Below, piece after piece: positions 26,105-39,647 of a DNA stretch of 64,000 bases. Origin of the DNA: Octopus sinensis (Eukaryota); NCBI RefSeq assembly GCF_006345805.1, contig NC_043000.1, forward strand, positions 47,740,001 to 47,804,000. The letters run 5' to 3'. A program made the position numbers and the translations under genes. Position 1 is the stretch's first letter. Each line of letters starts with the position of its first letter. The notes below the pieces were generated by a model. It did no database searches, was not told the DNA's origin, and saw nothing but the letters and a program-made list of their open reading frames with translations.

Positions 26105-26389
26105 TGGAGATGTACTTGCATAGCAAGTGACCTGATCTGAGATCGTGTGCTGGAACGAAAACAATTGCAGCATGGATGGTGTTTATAAGCCATTTAAGAA
26201 ACACAAAAACCGTTAGATTCACTTCAACATTTAAATTTAATTTGCGGCAACACAGAATTTTGTCAGTGAACAGGTCGCGGTCTCAAAGCAACGAAAATAT
26301 TTTGGCAAATTAAATTTAAATGTTGAAGTGAATCTAACGGTTTTTGTGTGTTTCTTAAGTGGCTTATAAACAGCTTCCACGCTCCAATT
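26105..26389 (+). mobile_element. Penelope-like short element with about 83-bp inverted arms flanking a hammerhead
   Basis: 26163-26245 is the reverse complement of 26305-26389 with few differences. The spacer holds the hammerhead core. Confidence 0.7.
26259..26309 (+). ncRNA. Type I hammerhead ribozyme candidate with compensatory G3-C8 core
   Basis: UUUGUCA-GUGAACA-G-GUCGC-GGUCUCAAA-GCAAC-GAAA-AUAU-UU|UGGCAAA. Stem I 7 bp with one G-U, stem II 4 of 5 bp, palindromic stem III AAUAUU. Confidence 0.7.
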
Positions 26390-26929
26390 ATTTATATTTT
26401 ATCCATACAGAACTTCTTATTGAAACACAGATGAATCAATTCCTGCTGCAGATATTTTACAGGCAGTGGTTGTTGTAAAATTGTAGTTTATTCTTGCTGG
26501 CCAACTCTTATCAAACAGAGACCTACGATCAAAAGCATTCCAACAATGGCCATCCTGCCTAGAGATATCTATGAATTCATTATATAATGTATTCTCCCAT
26601 TTTTTTAAGATGATAGAGAATGAGTTGAGTGAAATCTGCTTGCTGCTATTTCTAGCAAGTCCCTTAACCACCTAATGGTTATCACGTTAGTGTTTTACAT
26701 TCCAATTTCTTTTTCATTGTTTTTAGGTTCGTCTAATGGTTGTTGTGTTTACATTAATAGCGCTGCTCTAAATGGTTGCATAGATCTGTGAAAAGTGGAG
26801 ATTGTCAATTGATGAGTCATAGTAAGTCATCTGAACACTCTTTTATTGAAGACCATTCAGCCTGTATAGAAAACTACATTGGCCTGACCAAAGATGCTTT
26901 TGTTGTGATCAAAAACATCTTTGATCTCT

Positions 26930-27350
26930 TATCTTTTACTTATTCCAGAGATTGGACTGTGGCCATGCTGGGGCACTGCCTTGAAGGGTTTAATCAAAAA
27001 GACTGATCCCAGTACTTACTATTTTAAAGTCAGCTGAACTGCTAAGTTTTGGGGAAGTAAACAAACCAGCACCAGCTTTGAAGCAATGGTGGGGGACAAA
27101 TACAGAAGCAAAGACAGATACACATACACACACACATGCATGCACATGCATACACACACAAACACACACACATGCACATATAAACACAGACATATGTATG
27201 ATGGGGTTTCTTCAGTTTCCATTTACCAAATCCACTCACAAGGATTTGGTCTGCCTTTAGCTATGTTAGAAGACACTTATAAGTGCCATGCAGTGGGACT
27301 GAATCCAGAATCACGTGATTGGAAAGCAAACTTGTTACTACACAACCATA
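26930..27350 (-). mobile_element. SINE family A, diverged
   Basis: Tail GACTGTGGCCATGCTGGGGCAC, internal (CA)n, head part CAAATCCACTCACAAGG...GTGGGACTGAA. Confidence 0.8.
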
Positions 27351-27351
27351 C

Positions 27352-27530
27352 CTCATCATCATCATTTAACGTCCGTTCTCCATGCTAGCATGGGTTGGAC
27401 GGTTCGACCGGGGATCTGGGAAGCCAGAAGGCTGCACCAGGCTCCAGTCTTATCTGGCAATGTTTCTACAGCTGGATGCCCTTCCTAACGCCAACCACTC
27501 CGTGAGTGTAGTGGGTGCTTTTTACGTGCC
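27352..27530 (-). mobile_element. Retroposon 3' fragment with (ATG)n tail (family D)
   Basis: CATCATCATTTAACGTCCG...GGGTTGGACGG...TTTCTACAGCTGGATGCCCTTCCTAACGCC; further copies near 30622, 33990-34155, 42709-42890 and 55880. Confidence 0.8.
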
Positions 27531-28504
27531 TGTTAAATAATAAACAGATATCAATTGATGAAAAGTCTCCTAAAGAAAGACATAGAACCCATCCTTAAAT
27601 ATGGATGTGTCAATTGGAATATCAGTAAACATGGGCAGAAATTTATCATTGCTACAAAGATGTGATTCTTAAAATATACTGAAGACACAAGAATAAATGA
27701 GCAGAAAACACCAGAAAATTCTTAATATAAGGATGCAATAGGTTAGGTTCATTAGAGAAGTAAATGTTGGAAAACTGAAAGTAGAATCCAGGGAATGTGA
27801 TATAAGTAGTTGTTGACCTTATCACATGGCTACAGAAAGGCCAACCCAATAGCATACTAAGTTTATTTCAGAACAAGAGGAACTGCAGGTTCATGATTGC
27901 CTATACTCTTAGGCATGGCACGTAAAGAAGATGAAATCTCAAGATCTGAAACTGAAATAAAGTCCATATTTAAATCTTGTCCTGATACCTCATCATTACC
28001 ATTTTCTTCTCTCCTTTTCTATCTGGAGTAGCCATGTGCTTCCTTTACAGCAAACATCCAGTCCTATCCTTCTGACATACTCACACTTGTTACTGTTGTG
28101 ATAAAAATTGCCACAAATCAGTAATTAACCTGTAGTTGGTCTCTGCCTCAATTTGAATCATCTCACCTGGATTTCTAGCTTTGAACCATAGCCTATTCAT
28201 TATAGCCATAAAAAGAATAGCCTACTCCTTGAAAGAATAGAACACCCATGTAAATGCTTACCAGTTTATCAACACTGACTTATCTCAGCTAAGAACAACA
28301 AACATCAAAGTAGGGCTAATTAAACATCCTGGCAATTTACTCTTCAAAGATTTTGGCAAGTTTTGCTCAGAGTTATATAAACCGGTAAACTGCACTCCAT
28401 GCTAGACTCAACTCAAATTCCATATGGAACTTTATCACTTTGCTTCTAGTGTTGTGGTCCCATCTCTTTCTACTCACCCTTAAACATTAATCTGAGAAAA
28501 TATG

Positions 28505-28900
28505 TTGTAGCTTGCTTACGAACCACATGGTTCCGGGTTCAGTCCCACTGCATGGCACCCTGGGCAAGTGTCTTCCTCTATAGCCTCAGGTTGACCAAAG
28601 CCTTGTGAGTGGATATGGTAGACAGAAACTGAAAGAAGCCCATCATATATATGTATATATATATGTGTGTATGTGTGTGTATGTTTGTGTGTCTATGTTT
28701 GTCCCCCCAACATCGCTTGACAACCGATGCTGGTGTATTTACATCGCCGTAACTTAGCGGTTTGGCAAAAGCGACTGATAGAATAAGTACTAGGCTTACA
28801 ATGAATAAGTCCTTGAGTCGATTTGCTCGACTAAAAGGCGGTGCTCCAGCATGGCCACAGTCAAATGACTGAAACAAATAAAAGCGTAAAAGAGTAAAAA
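28505..28900 (+). mobile_element. SINE family A, near full length
   Basis: B box GGTTCAGTCCC, internal (TA/TG)n, 3' GGCGGTGCTCCAGCATGGCCACAGTCAAATGACTGAAAC followed by (TAAAAGAG)-like repeats. Confidence 0.9.
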
Positions 28901-29199
28901 AGTATAGGTTAAGTTAACCTTATGTTTTAATGCTAATATCCATCTACCTAATTATCTGCTTTATTTTCTCTTATTTCTGTAATAATGTAGAACTCCTGCA
29001 ACATAATTAATATAACTAGAGCATTTTCTACATTTTTCTATACTGTATATCTTCAATCATTACCTACAAACATGCAGAAATGTTTTTCAGCATTATAGAT
29101 ATATACACATTGTAAGATATAAACAGGTAAATATAATAAAGGTATGGAAATTCATATTTATTTGTGTAGTCATTTTTGTCCATAAATCCAGCTTCTTAC

Positions 29200-29286
29200 C
29201 TAATTGCTTATAATCATTCACATGATAAGGACTCCCACAGCCACTGCCACTACCATTAGGTCTATTGGAAACTATAGCCAATAATG
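29200..29286 (-). CDS. Candidate internal coding exon (72 nt, or 87 nt with the upstream AG), phase 1-1, (ALLAI)VSNRPNGSGSGCGSPYHVNDYKQL
   Basis: Donor TAG|GTAAGA after 29200. Two in-frame AG acceptors give exons 29271-29200 or 29286-29200. Open frame, GC-richer island in repeat-free DNA. Polypyrimidine tract is weak. Confidence 0.45.
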
Positions 29287-30999
29287 CTATTACTCACCAA
29301 ATATAATATAAGATATAATAAATAACTCTGAAAGTCATTCTCTGCGATGCGATATACATTTTTCCCATGTTCCTCATATCCTTTATATTTTCCTTTATTC
29401 TTTATATTTAACCATGCCTCTTGTTAAATAACTAACAAACTTGCAAGATAATTGGTATTTCAGAAAGTTTCTCAAAATTATCATCACTAAATCTGCTAAC
29501 ATGGAAAATTTATCAAAACATAAAAATAAACTACATTTTTTCTTTTTTTGTATGAGATCAACAAATTATTATATAGTTTGCATTTCTTTGAAATAAAATC
29601 TATATATAAAAACACAACATCGAAAAGAAATGATTGCCTGCAATTTCTCTGGTTGAAAGGTGCTAAAGCATTTCTCAAATGTGTTTATATTCATTTTTTG
29701 GGGTTTTTTTTTTTGTATTTTCATAATTTATATAAAAATCATATTTACAGACTCAATCCCTTTACAGTTTCAATTATAGTAGAAACAATTTGAAACTTAA
29801 TATTATATACTAAAATACTACAATGTATTTTATTTTAGTGCAAAGCAAGGCTATATTTTACCTTCTCTGAATCAATCCAGACACTTCAAAGAAGAAATGA
29901 ACTTATTTATCTCTTCCAGTAATACCAATTATAATTTCTTCAGATATCTACATATTCAAAATTTGTCTCTCGTACATGTTATAGATAATATAAGGTAGAA
30001 ATAAAATAAAGTAAAATTACATTGTTCTTTTCTCATGGAATTCTCTGAACTGTAATTGTAATAACTGTTGCAAGTGTTGAATCTAACAACAATTTAGATA
30101 CAGATTTCAATGATGATATATATCTAGTTGCAAACAAAAACTGGTGAGAGAAGAAAACTTAACCTATAGGAAGATGAGGATCAAGAACTTTTCAATTTCA
30201 ACTAAAATTCTTTAGAAAGAAAATATATCTTTCCATTATTTTTCAGAAAATGGTTGACCTATATAGAGTCAATGGAGGCACATAGCTTAGTGGTTAGGGT
30301 GTTGGACTCATGATCGTAAGATTGTGGTTTCTATTCCTGGACTGGTCAACACATTGTGTTCTTGAGTATAACACTTCTTTTCATAGTGTTAGGAAAAGCA
30401 TCCAGCTGTTGAAACCAAGCCAAATCAGACTAGAGTCTGGTACAGCTTGCCTGATCTGGTCAAACTGTCCAGCCCATGCCAGCATTGAAAACACTCAACT
30501 GGCAAAAATGAGTAGTCCTGTGACAGACAGGTGTCCCATCCAGGGGTGGAATTTATACACCATGGAAGCTAATAAATCAGCCCTGTAAGTCTATATGACC
30601 CAGGAAGTAACTTTACATAGATCATCATCATCATCATCATCATCATCGTTTACCGTCCGCTTTCCATACTAGCGTGGGTTGGACGATTTGACTGAGGACT
30701 GGTGAACCAGATGGCTGCACTAGGCTCCAATCTTGATTTGGCAGAGTTTCTACAGCTGGATGTCCTTCCTAATGCCACTCACTCCAAGAGTGTAGTGGAT
30801 GCTTTTTATGTGCCACCGGCACGAGGGCCAGTTGGACAGTACTGGCAATGGTCACAGAAAAATCATGTTTTTTTTACGTGTCATCTGCACACCGGCACAA
30901 GTGCCAGTAAGGTGACGCTAGTAACAATCATGCTCGAATGGTGCTTTTTACATGTCACTGGCACAAACACCAGGTAGTCGCTCTGACAATGATTACACA

Positions 31000-31121
31000 T
31001 TATTCTTTGTAAGCCTAGTACTTATTCTATCGGTCTCTTTTGCCGAACCGCTATGTTATGGGGATGTAAACACACCAGCATCGGTTGTCAAGCAATGTTG
31101 GGGAAACAAACACAGACACAG

Positions 31122-31206
<85 letters not shown>

Positions 31207-31386
31207 CATATACATATATACGATGGGCTTCTTTCAGTTTCCATCTACCAAATCCACTCACAAGGCTTTGGTCAACCCGAGGCTATCGTAGAAGACACTT
31301 GCCCAAGGTGCCACGCAGTGGGACTGAACCCAGAACCATGTGGTTGGTAAGCAAGCTACTTAAAACACAGCCACTCCTGCACCTAT
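31000..31386 (-). mobile_element. SINE family A lacking its tail
   Basis: Full head ending ACACAGCCACTCCTGCACCTA on the plus strand, with an internal microsatellite. Confidence 0.85.
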
Positions 31387-34287
31387 AGTTTGAACGTAAC
31401 ACAGAAAAATTATGTGGGCTTGATATAACCAGTTTAAATACTACAAGGTTAAACACATAGAAAGTACGAATTCCGAAGAGCCAACATACTGCAAAGGAAG
31501 TACTGACGATATTGACTAGCACAGGACCTGGAGTCTTGGACACAACAAGGGTAATGAGAGGAGGAGAGATAAATGGCATAGGAAAGCCTGAGTGTATGCA
31601 GAAAGAGAGCAGCCAACTCCGAGTATCAGAGTTCATTATTGTGGTGGTAGAAAAGCAAAGAGAGAAGACCACTCACTTGTGGGATAGATGTTAGAGTTTG
31701 TGAATGACTTTATTCTAATCATTCAAGGGGGCCATATCTAGTTTGGTTTTGGATATTTGTGCATGAAACTGTCCCATCATCTCAGATGCGAGAGCAATAT
31801 TCCATTGCGTGTTTCATGCAAGATCTGTAGAGAATGCAAAAAAATCCTGAAAACACAGGATAGCCATGTCCAGAATGTCTTTAGTCATAAATCAGTCTGA
31901 CCAGTGGATGAATTAGTACTGTTGCTGCTAATACAGTTCATGCAGCTGTGCTACCACCACCAGCACTACCGCCAACACCACTACCACCATAACCACCACC
32001 ACCACCACTACTTCTACTACTACTATTGATGCCTATACCAAATGTGTAGCAGAAGTTTAGTTATTAACTCACTCAACTATAGTAGTCCATTGTGGTTGCT
32101 CAGCCTGTAAGAAATAGTAACCAAATCTCCCTTAATTCAAACCAAATTGTCTTTGAAAAAGAAAGAGAGAGAAAAAAAAGATAAAAAAAAGATAGGAAAA
32201 CCTTAGCTGAAATATGTTTGACCATAGGTCAGCTTGATCAGAGCTGACCTGTGCTAGCTGAAGAACATATCAATAATATGTTATTGGTAATAATATGTTA
32301 CCTGTTAAAATAATGGCATGAAACAAGAGGAAATCGTGCTGAGTATGTTTCAGCAGTAAGTTACGGACTTTGATGATGAACATATAAAATGAATGATGAA
32401 TGTATAAAATTCAATTAGTATTAATATGTTTAAAGTAATGGATGTGTAATGAATAATAGGTAATGGATGTGTGGTAAGTAATGGATTATATAACAAGTAA
32501 TAATGGAAACTATAATTTTGTTTTCATGTTTTCCCAACAAGAGAAATGAAAGACAAGCTCAGGTATCTCCTTCGGTGAAGTTTATATCTATAGATATTTC
32601 ATTTCTTTACATTTTTGCTAAGTGATTCAATCTGAACATAATGCATTCAAATAGAGAGATTATTGTTGCATTTGTTGAAGTTGTTATTGCTAATGATGAT
32701 GGTGATGATGATGATGAGGATGAGGATGATGATGATGATGATGATACTGCTGCTACTTAATTCCAGGTTAGCCTTAATCAAAGAGAACTATGATCAAAGT
32801 GATCTAGCCATGCCCCTCACATCATTTCCTGAAGCATAGTACACCAAAGATAGCCATTATCCAACATGTCCTTTCTTTCGAGAGGTTTTACTACTGTTTC
32901 TAGCAAACTGAGTGACGAAATAAATGTTCCCTCAGTGTGTTGTAAGGGATTGGTGTGTTTCAATAAAATGTTTTGTTAGTTTATTTAGTGTAATGTGCAA
33001 GCCACAACCACGGCTTAACGGTAATAGGAATATATTTAACATGCAGATAGATGTCCACGAGGGTTCTTTTTCTCAACCCAGTCCACCATGTTATAAATTC
33101 TCCAGGTCATAACAGAAGAGTTGTAGAATGGCTGTCCATGGGAAATCTTGCATACCTGTTGACAAGTTCACATCACCAAAAACATCATTATCATCAGTAT
33201 CATCATTATCATCGATATTATCATTATCATCTTCATTATCATCAGCATTATCATTATCCCCGACATTATCATCATTGCTGTCATTGTCATCATCATTAAC
33301 ACCACCACCACTACCACCATCATCATCATCCTCATCTTTAACATCCACTTTTTCTCATGCTTGTGTGGGCCAGTCAAGATTTATTAAGGCAGATTTTTCC
33401 ATAGCTGGGTGTTCTCTCCTGTCCCCATCCCCCCACCTGTCTTCAACCAAGGTAATAATTTTCGAAGTCCTTCAAGTATGAAGGTTGGTTAGTCTACATT
33501 ACTTCATAAGGAGCATAGGGCTGGTTTCCTAGTTTCTCAGGTGTATGTATTCTCCACTAGAGCAATGTGAAATGAAGTGTTTTGCTCAAGAACACAGCAC
33601 ATCACCCAGGTTTATAATCATGAGTCCAACACCCTAACCACTAATCCACGTGCCTCCACCCAAATATGAAGAACTAGAGGAAATAGGCTGGGAATAGTTT
33701 CAAGGAAAATTGCAACTAAATGACACTGTTTGTATGAAGGTGGTATTCGTTTACAATTAGCTTGTAGCATCCTGGCACGTTGCTGTACTTGAGAAGACTG
33801 ATCCCCCATAGCAGAAATGTCAATGCCACTCCCTCTCCTGAAGAGGATTGACCTGCTAGACCTGTGTACAGGTGCCACATCGAAAAGCACCTATACTGGT
33901 GCCACATCGAAAAGCACCCATGCCAGCATCACACGATAGCAGCCTTGCCAGCTCCACAAAAAAGTACCCTTGCCAATGCCTCATAAAAGGGCACCCAGCA
34001 CACTCCATAAAGTGGTTGGCATTAGGAAGAGCATCCAGGTGTAGAGAACATGCCAAATCACATTGGAGCTTGGTGCAACTCTCCTGCTTGCCAGTTCTGG
34101 TCAAACTGTCCAACCCATGCCAGCATGGAAAACGGACGTTAAATAAAGATGATGATATCCAGACATGGTGACACTAGCACATATACATACACAACATACA
34201 CTCGTGCATATGCATACATGTGTATACATACATGTGTATGCATGTGTTAGTATTTACCATACATACATACATACATACATACATACA

Positions 34288-34309
<22 letters not shown>

Positions 34310-34320
<11 letters not shown>

Positions 34321-34321
34321 T

Positions 34322-34379
<58 letters not shown>

Positions 34380-34391
34380 ATATATATATTT

Positions 34392-34446
<55 letters not shown>

Positions 34447-34473
34447 ATTATATATATATATATTATATAATAT

Positions 34474-34515
<42 letters not shown>

Positions 34516-34569
34516 GATATATATTTATATATATATAATTATATATATATATTTATATATATATATATT

Positions 34570-34602
<33 letters not shown>

Positions 34603-34664
34603 ATTTTATATATATATATATATTTATTATATATATATTTATATATATAATTTATATATATATA

Positions 34665-34696
<32 letters not shown>

Positions 34697-34712
34697 ATTT
34701 TATATATATATT

Positions 34713-34811
<99 letters not shown>

Positions 34812-34837
34812 TATATATATTTATATATATATATATT

Positions 34838-34868
<31 letters not shown>

Positions 34869-34910
34869 ATATTTATATATATATTATATAATATATTATA
34901 TAATATATAT

Positions 34911-34964
<54 letters not shown>

Positions 34965-34965
34965 T

Positions 34966-35023
<58 letters not shown>

Positions 35024-35083
35024 ATATTTATATATATTATATATATATTTATATATAATATTATATATTTATATATATATATA

Positions 35084-35150
<67 letters not shown>

Positions 35151-35317
35151 ATAATATATATATTATATTATAATATTTATTATATATATATATATATTTA
35201 TATATATAATTATATATATATTATATATATTTATATATATATATATATTTATATATAATATATTTATATATATATATTTATATATATATATATATTTTAT
35301 ATATTATTATATATATT

Positions 35318-35397
<80 letters not shown>

Positions 35398-35402
35398 ATA
35401 TA

Positions 35403-35454
<52 letters not shown>

Positions 35455-35456
35455 AT

Positions 35457-35504
<48 letters not shown>

Positions 35505-35721
35505 ATAGATAATATATATATTATATATATTATATATCTTTATATATATATTATATATATATATATATTTTATAATTATATATTTATATATATATATTTA
35601 TATATATATATATTATATATATATATATATATTTTATATATATATATTTTATATATATTATATTATATATATATATATATATATATTATATTATATATAT
35701 ATATATTTATATATATATATT

Positions 35722-35758
<37 letters not shown>

Positions 35759-35766
35759 ATATATTT

Positions 35767-35798
<32 letters not shown>

Positions 35799-35904
35799 AT
35801 ATATATATTTATATATATATATATTTATATATATATATATATTTATAATATATATATTTATATATATAATATTATTATATATATATATTTATATATATAT
35901 ATAT

Positions 35905-35956
<52 letters not shown>

Positions 35957-35959
35957 ATT

Positions 35960-36021
<62 letters not shown>

Positions 36022-36170
36022 ATATATATATATATTATTATATATATATATATTATATTAATATATATATATATATATTTATATAATATATATATTTATA
36101 TATATATTATATTATATATATATATATTTATATATATATATATATTTATAATATAATATTTATATATATA

Positions 36171-36216
<46 letters not shown>

Positions 36217-36308
36217 TAATATATATATATTTATATATATATAATATATTATTATATATAATATATATATATATTATATATTTATATATATATATATATA
36301 TTATATAC

Positions 36309-36339
<31 letters not shown>

Positions 36340-36404
36340 ATATTATTATATATATATTATATAATATATTTATAATATATATATATATTTATATTATATA
36401 TATT

Positions 36405-36480
<76 letters not shown>

Positions 36481-36522
36481 ATATATATAATATATATATA
36501 TATATAATTATATAATATATAT

Positions 36523-36566
<44 letters not shown>
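34310..36566. repeat. About 2.25-kb degenerate (TA)n tract
   Basis: Almost exclusively A/T, with only a handful of G/C bases. Confidence 0.97.
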
Positions 36567-36568
<2 letters not shown>

Positions 36569-37672
36569 CATCTATCAAATTCATGCACAAGACTTTTAAC
36601 CTGAGAATTCTAGGAGTGTTCCAAAGATGAAGCCAGAGCAGTAGATCAAAAGATCTAAAAGTAAACCTGTCAAAGATAAAATGGCAGTGGGTGGGAGGAG
36701 GAGGAAGAAGAAGAAGAAGAGGTGGTGTATGTGTGTGTGGGGTGAAGAATAAGAATGCAAATCGTATTCAGCTTGCTAATATAGGAACCTACCATAGCAC
36801 TTCTGTAACCTCTTGTTCGCAAATCCATGTCGTAGCCTAGTTATTACTACCATTGTAATTTTTATCCCTAATGTTGTCTCTGATTCAATGGGCTTATGAA
36901 AGACAGTCTATACTTAACTATCCCATCATATTTTTCAGCTATAATGAAGGGTAGGGGGCTCCAAAAGAGGTCTCAGAGAGTAGCATCCCTACCTTCCTAA
37001 GCAAATTTTCCACCAGATTTCTTAAAGAGACCTTCGTCTCGAGACCACTCATGTCTAGAAACTTAGGTTGGAAGTAAGCAAGGGCATGTTCCCTATAGAG
37101 GATCCAGCTCCAAGAAAGCCTCATGATAGCAAAGGGGACTGGGCACCAGCCAGCCCAAAGGCTGGGGTGAGCTGCACCTGCCTACTGCAGTTGCTATGGC
37201 ATTGAGGTAGATCCAGCCACTCCTATTAATGGGGACAAAACCCAGATTTAAAACAGGATAATGATGATGAATGTAGCTAGGACTACATTATCCATTATCT
37301 TTTCTTAAGCTACTTATGCCTAACTGATGCAATGTGACTGCTATTTCTAGCCAGTCCAATGCTTGCTTAGAAGCTCCCCCATTGACTTTATATCATCACA
37401 GCATGCAGTAAAGTTTATCAAAATAAAATTATAATCTATGAACAGATGAAATAATGGTAGTGTATGATTTCAATACTAATAATGAATTGAAATAAAAGTT
37501 AATTAAAAACCAAATGACTAATTAGTAGCACACGTGTTTAGTAAATTGCAAATAGAAAATAATGATCTGGTGATTTTATAAAATATTCATAAAGTAAGCC
37601 CTCCCCTTGCGGGCAAAGGAATCAAGAATATTAAAAGTCAAGCGTGAAAAACCTCATCTGAATAAAACTCAC

Positions 37673-37690
37673 CTTCTTTCTCTGATGATT
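37673..37690 (-). CDS. Candidate 18-nt microexon, phase 1-1, xSSEKE
   Basis: TTTTTTTTTCCCCAG|AATCATCAGAGAAAGAAG|GTGAGT: consensus-grade acceptor and donor, length divisible by 3, frame-compatible with the 29.2-kb exon. Confidence 0.5.
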
Positions 37691-37848
37691 CTGGGGAAAA
37701 AAAAATCAATGGACAAATCACTAAGTTTTTTTGTTTTTTGTTCCTTCTTTTTTTTTCGACATCTTATTACTCTTCAGATAATTTAGCAATGCAAAAATTT
37801 TAATAGTAAAAGACACATACAAAATCTAGTCTTCAACAATATAAACAG

Positions 37849-37884
<36 letters not shown>

Positions 37885-38098
37885 ATGTGTGTGTGTGTAT
37901 GTGTGTATATGTATATGTATGCATATATATATACATATATATATATGTATATATATGTATATATATATGTATGCATAGCATGTATATATATATATGTGTA
38001 TCTATCTATCTATCTATCTATCTATATATGTATATATATTTATATATATGTGTGTGTGGTGTGTATTTATATATGTATATGTATACATATATATATAC

Positions 38099-38130
<32 letters not shown>

Positions 38131-38132
38131 TA

Positions 38133-38171
<39 letters not shown>

Positions 38172-39234
38172 TATATATATACTTGTCTCATCTGTTTCTG
38201 TATATATTGGAAAGGATTGTATTTCATAACAAGTGTCTAGTTCTTTATTAGTTTATATATTTGGCAACTGCTCTTCTCTTTCATGGAAACTAAATTTTTC
38301 ACTGAGAACTCAATTATTTTCCCCAGAAATGTTTTGTTGTTGTCACCCCCCCCCCATTTATATATATATTTTTTAGAATTCTTTTATTTTTTTGTTTTTG
38401 CTTCTGTTTTCAGTTTTTACTTTGGGAGAAATATTTTTCACTGAAGTAAAAATAAGAGGTTCAGATGAATGTGACTTGTTAAGTCTGTAAGTTTCAGATC
38501 AAGGGAAAAAAATATTATTTTAGATGCAACCAGGTTAGGTTATAGATTTTTTTTTTAAATCCCTCAAAATGCTCAGATCAACAATAAACAACAAAACAAA
38601 CTTTTGGCCTCGAGTCAGTAGTTACAAAGTGATGTGTTGTTGCACAGAGTATCTAGGTGCAAAAGTAGTTTTTTAAAAAAATATAATTTAAGGCTTAAGA
38701 AAAGACATTCTAATAATTGAATATTGTATAAAATGTATAATTCATAATTTTGTTATACACAAGTATGATTAATAAAACCAGCTAACCAAATTTTTTTAAT
38801 ATTTTTCTAGGTTATTTTTACTTTAAAATGTTGATTCTTTTCTTAATTTTTATGCAAAGCACATTGGTAATTTTTTTTTGTTTGTTTGATCTCAAGTGTC
38901 ATGAAAACGAAGAAACATTAAGAATTTGCTAATATTAGATGCCACCGACATCTCTATAACATGTTTCCACATGTACATATTTAAGTAGAATTCTACAAAT
39001 TTGATATTTTGTCAATTAATGAGCACATGCACTAAAAAGTTCTTCTCAAACTGAAATAATAAATTTATAACTAATGTGTGTGTGTTCATGCATGCATGCA
39101 TGTGTGTGGGGTGTGTGTATAAGTGTGAGTCTTTAGTAATTGGAGAGTAACAAATAAAAATGGTGTTACCAAATCCGACAATATTGCTTTTAACAAATAA
39201 TTCCTGGTTAAATTTTGTACAAAATATATATACT

Positions 39235-39647
39235 CTTTTTCTCTTTTTACTCTTTACTTGTTTCAGTCATTTAACTGTGGCCATGCTGGAGCACCACCTT
39301 TAGTCGAGCAAATCGACCCCAGGACTTAGTCTTTGTAAGCCTAGTACTTATTTTATCAGTCTCTTTTGCCAAACCGCTAAGTTAAGGTGATGTAAACACA
39401 CCAGCATCGGTTGTCAAGCAATGTTTGGGGGACAAACACAGACACACAAACATATATGCACACATATACATATACATATATACGACGGGCTTCTTTCAGT
39501 TTCCGTCCACCAAATCCACTCAGATGACTTTGGTCGACCCAAGGCTATAGTTGAAGATACTTGCCCAAGTTGCCATTCAGTGGGACTGAACCCAGAACCA
39601 TGTGGTTGGTAAACAAGCTACTTACCACACAGCCACTCCTACGCCTA
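39235..39647 (-). mobile_element. SINE family A, full length
   Basis: Complete head-to-tail reverse complement of the family A layout. Confidence 0.9.
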
